In this document: piece after piece, positions 58,147 through 64,000 of the stretch | How positions within the stretch are numbered: position 1 is the stretch's first letter | Layout of the letters: each line of letters opens with the position of its first letter | Source of the DNA: an uncultured Actinomycetes bacterium | Lineage (GTDB): Bacteria; Actinomycetota; Thermoleophilia; UBA2241 | Direction of reading: 5' to 3' | DNA: 64,000 nucleotides | Assembly: GCA_963767005.1 (NCBI GenBank) | Contig: CAVYCN010000012.1 | Coordinates: forward strand, 32,001 to 96,000 | Position numbers and translations under genes: made by a program | The notes under the pieces: model-generated | Database searches by the model: none | Seen by the model: the letters and a program-made list of their open reading frames with translations, nothing else | What the model was told of the DNA's origin: nothing

Positions 58147-59892
58147 ATGACGCCCCCCGACCCGCAAGAGCCGACGACACTCGTGGGTCGCCCCTCTGGA
58201 TCCGACGAGGCTCCCCCCGACTCAGGCGAGCCGGTGTCTCGAGACCCGCATGGTCCGACCGCCGATCCGGGGCGCGACGGCACTCGCCGGCGCAGTCGCA
58301 CCGCCCTCGTCGTGCTGGTCATCGCGGCCGCCGTCATCCTGGGCGGCGGCCTCCGCCTGGACAGCATCAGTCACAAGCACGGCCTGCACGTCGACGAGGC
58401 GTGGTCGTACATCACGGCGACCGGCCATCTCGGCAACTTCGATACCGGCTCCGGCGAACCCCTGGCGCGCTGGGTGCCGGCCGCGAGCTGGCAGGCCCTC
58501 TGGCACCCCGGCGCGGTCGTCGACTTTCGCCAGATCTCGCTCGACCTCGCCCATTACGACGTCCACCCGGCCCTCTACTTCTGGGTGCTGCACGTCTGGG
58601 TGGAATTCTTCGGGGTGAACGTCAGGTCGGGGCCGCTGCTCAACCTCTTGATCGACCTCGCCACGGGGGCCGCCCTCTTCGGGCTGGCCCGCCGCCTCCT
58701 GCACGACCCGCTGCCGGCCGCCCTGGTCGCACTCACCTGGGCGGTCAGCCCCGCGGTCAGGCTGACCTCGAGCATGGCCCGCATGTACCCGTTGCTGGCG
58801 CTCTTTGCCGTGCTCTTCGTCTGGCTGCTGCTGATCGCGGCCGAGCGAGGACGTGTCCCGCGTCGCCCGCTGCTGGTGCTCGTCCTGCTCGCACTCGCGA
58901 CCGCCGGCGGCATGCTCACCCAGTACCAGTTCATCCTGATCGTCGCCGGCGGGGTCCTGCTCGCCGTCGCCTGGCTCGCGCGTGCCGAGCTGCGCCGCTG
59001 CCTCGGCGTCCTTGCCGCGCTGGCCGGCGGCCTCGTCCTCACCGCCCTCGTCCAACCCGGCGTCTACGCACAGTTCCGCCGCGAGCAGGCCAAGCCCCAG
59101 GTGCACGTGACGCCGGCGGCCTTCGTCGACAAGGTCGACGGCGCCGCCGGCTGTCTGTTCGACTTCTTCGGCCTCGACCGGCCCTGGTTCACGCACACGA
59201 TCGACAAGGTCGTGCGCCTCGACGGGCTCATGCCGGGCCATCACCTGAGCGCGCTCGCGCTGCTTGCTTTCTGGCTCGTCGTCGCGGCCGCCGTGGCGCT
59301 GCCGGTCCCGGCCGTGAGGCGCTGGCTCTGGCGGCGGGACAGGACGGGCTGGCTCGCCTTCGTCCTGATCGCCTGGATCGCCGGCACGATCGTGCTGCAG
59401 AACCTGGCCTTCCTCAGCCAACCGAAGGTGCTCAGCCCCCGCTACCTCGCCGTCGCCTGGCCGTTCCTGGCGTTCATGCCTCTCCTGCTTGCCCGTTTCG
59501 CCACCCGGCGCGCCGCCGGCCTGGTCGCGGTCTCCTTCGTGCTCGTCTGCTCGGTGGCACTTGTCTGGGGACCGCTGAACTACGCCTCGTCGCCCGGCCC
59601 GGGGCGTCTCCTTGCGTCGGCCCATCGAGCCGTGATCGACTGCCCCATCCCCGGGGCCCTGCCGATCGTGATGTGGAGCATGCCGGCGCAGGCACAGGTG
59701 TATGTGGCACCTCCCGGGCAGCTCCTGAACGATCCCGCGCCGTGGATCGACGTGCTCGGCCCGGGCGACTACTACGTGCACCGCGACAACGGCAAGGCGA
59801 ACCCCCTGGCGCTGCTGCAGTCGCGCCATGCGCTGGCTCTCGCAGCGCCCGCGCGCAGCAAGATCTACGTCTACGAGCTGCGCCGGCCCTGA
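58147..59892 (+). CDS. GT-C fold membrane glycosyltransferase (PMT/ArnT-like)
   Basis: DE motif after TM1, DVHPALYF, ARMY, multiple TM segments. Confidence 0.75.
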   Translation: MTPPDPQEPTTLVGRPSGSDEAPPDSGEPVSRDPHGPTADPGRDGTRRRSRTALVVLVIAAAVILGGGLRLDSISHKHGLHVDEAWSYITATGHLGNFDTGSGEPLARWVPAASWQALWHPGAVVDFRQISLDLAHYDVHPALYFWVLHVWVEFFGVNVRSGPLLNLLIDLATGAALFGLARRLLHDPLPAALVALTWAVSPAVRLTSSMARMYPLLALFAVLFVWLLLIAAERGRVPRRPLLVLVLLALATAGGMLTQYQFILIVAGGVLLAVAWLARAELRRCLGVLAALAGGLVLTALVQPGVYAQFRREQAKPQVHVTPAAFVDKVDGAAGCLFDFFGLDRPWFTHTIDKVVRLDGLMPGHHLSALALLAFWLVVAAAVALPVPAVRRWLWRRDRTGWLAFVLIAWIAGTIVLQNLAFLSQPKVLSPRYLAVAWPFLAFMPLLLARFATRRAAGLVAVSFVLVCSVALVWGPLNYASSPGPGRLLASAHRAVIDCPIPGALPIVMWSMPAQAQVYVAPPGQLLNDPAPWIDVLGPGDYYVHRDNGKANPLALLQSRHALALAAPARSKIYVYELRRP

Positions 59893-59942
59893 CGCTTCGT
59901 CGGGGTCGCACGGCGACCCACCGCCACGAGCTTGTCCTGGGG

Positions 59943-61478
59943 TCAGACCAGACCGGCGGCCACGACGAGCCGTCCCGCGGCCTCGTTGCGGCCGAGCGCC
60001 CAGAGCGATTCGAACAGCCCCGGCGTGACGGGCTGACCGCTCATGCCGAGCCGCAGCGCGGCGAAGACGTCGCGCGGCTTGGCGCCGAGCTCGGCCGGCA
60101 GGGCACGGACGGCCTCCTCGACGCGCTCGACGTCGTAGCGCTCGAGACCGGCCAGGCGTACCGACGCCTCGAGCAGGATGCGACGCGCGTCGGGCAGGGC
60201 GGCGAGGCGCGCGCGAGCGTCGTCGTCGAGGGCGAGAGGCGTGAACATCCAGCCGGCGAGGCGCAGGAAGTCGGCGAGCACCTCCATCTTCTCCTGCACG
60301 AAGGGCGTGACGAGGGCGGTGAGCCGCTCCTGCTCGTCGCCGGGCGGCAGGGCCACGAGCTCGCCGGCCCCAACGGCTGCGGCCAAGGCGGCATCGCCGC
60401 CGGCCGCCAGCAGTCGCACCGCCGGCGGTTGCCCGTAGAAGCCGACGCGCTCCAGGTAGGCGCGCACGCGGCCGGCGAGGTCGGCCGGCTCGAGCGCGCG
60501 GATGAAGCGGCCGTTCATCCAGCGCAGCTTGTCGGGGTCGAAGATGCTCGGGCTCGTACCGAGCGCTTCGACGTCGAAGTGCGCCACCAGGTCGGCGAGC
60601 GTCCAGCCGACCATCGACTCGTCGAACTCGGTCGACAGGAAGCACAGGTAGTTGCGTACGACCTCGACCAGGAAGCCCATCGCCGTGAGCTGCTCGAGAT
60701 TGGTCGCACCGTGGCGCTTGGACAGCTTCTTGCGGTCGGTGCCGAACAGCAGCGGCATGTGCAGGAAGCGCGGCGGCGGCGCGCCCAGGGCCTCGTAGAT
60801 CAGCACCTGCCTGGGCGTGTTGGAGATGTGGTCATCGCCGCGGATCACGTGCGTGATGTCCATGGTCACGTCGTCGACGACGACGGCCAGGTTGTAGGTG
60901 ACGGTGCCGTCTGAGCGCTGCACGATGAAGTCGCCGATCGTCTCATTGCCCACCTCGACCGGTCCCCGCAGCAGGTCGTCGAACGTCGTGGTGCCGGGTC
61001 GCACCCGGAAACGCAGCGTCCATGGCTCGCCGGCCGCCTTGCGGCGCGCCACCTCGGCGGCCGGCAGGTCGCGGCAGGCGCCGCTGTAGACCCAGGCGCG
61101 CTTGTCGGCCTGGGCCGCAAGGCGCTCGGCCTCGAGCTGCTCGGGCGTGTGGAAGCAGGTGTAGAGGTGACCGGCGGCGAGCAGCCGGTCGATGAACGAC
61201 TGGTAGATCGCGCGGCGCTCGGTCTGACGGTAGGGACCGTGGCCGCCGGGCTTCTCGGGGCCCTCGTCCCAGTCGAGCTGCATCTCACGCAGCGAGCGCA
61301 GGATCTGGGCGATTGCCTCGTCGGTCGAGCGCGAGGGGTCGGTGTCCTCGATGCGCAGCACGAAGGCGCCGTGCTGACGGCGCGCGTAGATGTAGTTGTA
61401 CAGGGCGGTGCGCGCCCCGCCGAGGTGCAGGTAGCCGGTGGGTGAGGGCGCGAAGCGCACGCGGACGGGCTCGGTCAT
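59943..61478 (-). CDS. gltX: Glutamate--tRNA ligase
   Basis: RFAPSPTGYLHLGG, LRIEDTD, IRGDDH, KKLSKR. Confidence 0.95.
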   Translation of the reverse strand: MTEPVRVRFAPSPTGYLHLGGARTALYNYIYARRQHGAFVLRIEDTDPSRSTDEAIAQILRSLREMQLDWDEGPEKPGGHGPYRQTERRAIYQSFIDRLLAAGHLYTCFHTPEQLEAERLAAQADKRAWVYSGACRDLPAAEVARRKAAGEPWTLRFRVRPGTTTFDDLLRGPVEVGNETIGDFIVQRSDGTVTYNLAVVVDDVTMDITHVIRGDDHISNTPRQVLIYEALGAPPPRFLHMPLLFGTDRKKLSKRHGATNLEQLTAMGFLVEVVRNYLCFLSTEFDESMVGWTLADLVAHFDVEALGTSPSIFDPDKLRWMNGRFIRALEPADLAGRVRAYLERVGFYGQPPAVRLLAAGGDAALAAAVGAGELVALPPGDEQERLTALVTPFVQEKMEVLADFLRLAGWMFTPLALDDDARARLAALPDARRILLEASVRLAGLERYDVERVEEAVRALPAELGAKPRDVFAALRLGMSGQPVTPGLFESLWALGRNEAAGRLVVAAGLV

Positions 61479-61568
61479 GGTGGCCCATTGTACCCCAGCG
61501 GACCGGAGCGGCGACGTGGCCTGCCGAACGGCGTCGCTGGGAGGCGGCCGGTCGGCCGGCAGCCGGCG

Positions 61569-63641
61569 TCAGGACACGGAGACGACGGGCAGGGCCTTCG
61601 TCGCCGCGGCGTTGCGGGCGTCGCCGGCGAAGCGCACGCGCAGGCGGAGCGCGCCGGCCGGCGCCGCGTAGACCAGGCGGAATGTGGAACGGGCCGTGGT
61701 GCGGGCGTGCGCTACCGTCGTCCAGGCGCCGCCCGACAGGCGCTGCAGCAGCAGCGGCACGCCGGCGCGCAGCGGGCGGAAGGCGCCGGTCACGGCGACC
61801 ACGCCGGCCGCGGTGGGCATGGCGGCGCGGGCGCTGAGCGCCGCCCGCACCGCGACCGTCACGCTGCCCGACGCCGCCGCCTCGAACTCGGCCGTGCCGG
61901 CGGCCGCCGTCGGCGTGAACGATGCCTGGAACGACGTGCTGAAGCGCGGCGAGAACGCGAGGACGGCCGCCCCGCCGGCGCCGGTCGTGACCGTCCGTGC
62001 CGCCGGCGTCGCGCCGCTGCTCGGCCCCACCTCGACGCCCGCGAGGGAGCCGATCGGGTACGACGTGTCGTCGGCGTCGGCCGCATGGACCGTGAGCTTG
62101 ACCTTGCCGCCCAGCGGGATGGTGGCGCTGCCCGCCGAGAGGGTGAGCGTGACCGGCGTGCCGGCGGCCCACAGCACGGCGCTGCCGGACGCGGTCGTGC
62201 CGGTGGTCGCCTGCACGGTCACCAGGTGCCGCGTCGGCGCCCCAGCGTAGGGGCCGGCGACCAGCGTCGACGTGTCGACCGTGAAGGCAAACGACGCCTT
62301 CGCGCCGCTCGTGGTCACGGTCGTGACCGCCTGCGTCGCGCCGCCGTCGAGGCTGTACGTCAGGTCGTGCGGCACGAAGATGCTGATGCCGCGGGCGAAG
62401 GCCCGGCCCTTGGCGTTGTGGCCCGGCGGCCAGGCGTTCTCGCGGGCCCTGCCGCCGACCGTCGCCGTGCTGCCGTCGGTCGAGGTCGGCGGCGCCACCG
62501 TCACGGTCGGCGTCGTGTCGACCACGTCGGGCAGGCCGGCGCGCGTGACCCGCCAGCCGACCTGGCCGGCGGTCGACGGGCAGATGCCGCCGACCTGCTG
62601 GTCGTTGCCGTAGGCCTGCCCAAAGAACGCCGCGACGCCCTCGCTGCCGCCCCGCATGATGCAGACGTCGTTGGTCGTGCCGCCCTTCACCGCGTTCCGG
62701 TTGCGCACCCACAGGTAGCCCGAGTAGTCGCTGCCCGTGCTCGGGTAGCCGGTCTCGGCGGCGTACTCGTCGAGCGCCCCGAACACGTGACCGATCTCGT
62801 GGGCCAGCACGGCGCCGTAGTCGGCCGGGCCGTAGCTGTCGTTGTCGTAGGTCGTCACCGAGTAGGGTCCGAAGAGGTCGAAGGTGTAGGAGAACGCGCC
62901 GTCGGGGAACTCGCCCGGCGTCTTGTTGTGCGTGCCGGCGGCGTCGTCGTGCAGGCTGTCGACCACGTAGACGGTGAACGCCCAGTCGGTGTGGTTGGCC
63001 TTGCGCACGGCGTTGTCGTAGGCGGTCTCGGGCGGCGGCGAGTCGGCGCTGCTGGCCGCCTTGAAGCCGAGCTTCGCCATGATCGGGTGGCGCCACGCCT
63101 GGTCGTTCGTCGAGGCGACGTCGATGGGCTCGCGTGCGACCTTGACCTGCCTGGGGTAGCCGAGCGTGCCGTAGGCGGGCACGACGAAGCTCAGGTGGGC
63201 CGCGGCCGGCGCCCTGGTCGCCCACCAGTCGAGCGCCTGCTGGACCTGGCCCAGGATGTAGACCTGACGCGGCGTGAGGTTCGGGTAGGCCGCGCTCGTC
63301 AGGCCCGTGGTCCCGTACTGGTCGAGCGTGGCCCACTTCTCGGTGTGGGTCGTGCCGCCGGCGCCCGAGCTCTGCGGGAAGATGACGCTCACGGCGACCG
63401 AGCCGGCCGCGAAGGCGGCCGGCTCGGTCGCCGTCGGCAGACCCGACGTGAGGCCGGCGAAGGCCGGCGCGGTCGCGCCGGCCACGCCGACCGCACCGGG
63501 CAGCTTGAGGTCGTTCGTGAGCGCCGGCAGCACGGTCGCACCGGCCGCCGCGGCGGCCGGCCACAGCGCGAGCAGGGCGAGCACGAGCGCCGCCGCAAGC
63601 GCGGCGCGGGACCTGCGCTGATGTCGGCGGTCCGCGACCAT
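61569..63641 (-). CDS. Secreted zinc metalloprotease with C-terminal beta-rich domains (start uncertain)
   Basis: Signal peptide, HEIGHVFGALDEY, downstream CIM Met-turn-like motif. Confidence 0.7.
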   Translation of the reverse strand: MVADRRHQRRSRAALAAALVLALLALWPAAAAAGATVLPALTNDLKLPGAVGVAGATAPAFAGLTSGLPTATEPAAFAAGSVAVSVIFPQSSGAGGTTHTEKWATLDQYGTTGLTSAAYPNLTPRQVYILGQVQQALDWWATRAPAAAHLSFVVPAYGTLGYPRQVKVAREPIDVASTNDQAWRHPIMAKLGFKAASSADSPPPETAYDNAVRKANHTDWAFTVYVVDSLHDDAAGTHNKTPGEFPDGAFSYTFDLFGPYSVTTYDNDSYGPADYGAVLAHEIGHVFGALDEYAAETGYPSTGSDYSGYLWVRNRNAVKGGTTNDVCIMRGGSEGVAAFFGQAYGNDQQVGGICPSTAGQVGWRVTRAGLPDVVDTTPTVTVAPPTSTDGSTATVGGRARENAWPPGHNAKGRAFARGISIFVPHDLTYSLDGGATQAVTTVTTSGAKASFAFTVDTSTLVAGPYAGAPTRHLVTVQATTGTTASGSAVLWAAGTPVTLTLSAGSATIPLGGKVKLTVHAADADDTSYPIGSLAGVEVGPSSGATPAARTVTTGAGGAAVLAFSPRFSTSFQASFTPTAAAGTAEFEAAASGSVTVAVRAALSARAAMPTAAGVVAVTGAFRPLRAGVPLLLQRLSGGAWTTVAHARTTARSTFRLVYAAPAGALRLRVRFAGDARNAAATKALPVVSVS

Positions 63642-63770
63642 GGTCGACCCCGCGCCCATGCTAGGGGCGACCCTCCCGCCGGTCAAACGCGCCCGCTTCG
63701 TCTCGGCCTCCGTTTTCTGGTACCGTACCTGCTCCACCGTCCTTCGTTACAAAGAACGTTCGAGGAAGCA

Positions 63771-64000
63771 GTGTCCGAACAGTCCCTCCGCATCGTCGTC
63801 CTCGTCAAGCAGGTCCCCGACACGGCCAACGTCACGGGCGAGGCCATGAAGGATGACGGCACGATCAACCGCGCGGCCCTGCCGGCGATCTTCAACCCGG
63901 AGGACCTGAACGCCCTCGAAGAGGGCCTGCGTCTGCGCGACCGCCACGGCGGCCGGGTCACGGTCGTGACCATGGGCCCGCCCTCGGCCGCCCAGGTGCT
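63771..64000 (+). CDS. etfB: Electron transfer flavoprotein beta subunit, N-terminus only (runs off window)
   Basis: Manual translation IVVLVKQVPDT..INR....IFNPEDLNALEE..VTVVTMGPP. Confidence 0.9.
   Translation, partial: MSEQSLRIVVLVKQVPDTANVTGEAMKDDGTINRAALPAIFNPEDLNALEEGLRLRDRHGGRVTVVTMGPPSAAQV

Overview
Very GC-rich window with actinobacterial-type genes and -10 elements (lineage is inference). No rRNA, tRNA, CRISPR array, transposase or integrase is visible. Blocks from left to right: (1) 1-9 kb, a glycerol-phosphate/amino-polyol catabolic cluster (FGGY kinase, GlpD, GntR, unknown TIM barrel, HAD-IIA, G1PDH-like). It includes a class II aldolase/class III aminotransferase pair that becomes one fused ORF when one copy of a 17-bp tandem duplication is removed. 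(2) 9-18 kb, mixed genes (clostripain, glycoside hydrolase, Clp-fold protease, MoxR/VWA, TetR). (3) 18-38.5 kb, a potassium island with a Na/K-ATPase-like P-type ATPase plus two TrkA proteins, two complete kdp operons (each led by an unannotated 27-aa peptide and KdpF), a split KdpD, KdpE and several small orphan genes. (4) 38.7-56.5 kb, MMPL/MFS transporters and a GntR-controlled amino-acid/sugar catabolic cluster with two inverted paralogous peptide-binding lipoproteins. (5) HAD, PAP2, GT-C, gltX, a secreted metalloprotease and the start of etfB. The main finding is a rigid promoter architecture seen eight times: four 7-bp boxes at offsets 0/11/32/43, usually 10 nt upstream of a -10 hexamer. 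Seven copies lie in the potassium island. The eighth, about 15 kb outside it, precedes an ORF-less, structured, terminator-bounded ~155-nt unit, which is a candidate potassium/KdpE-regulated small RNA.
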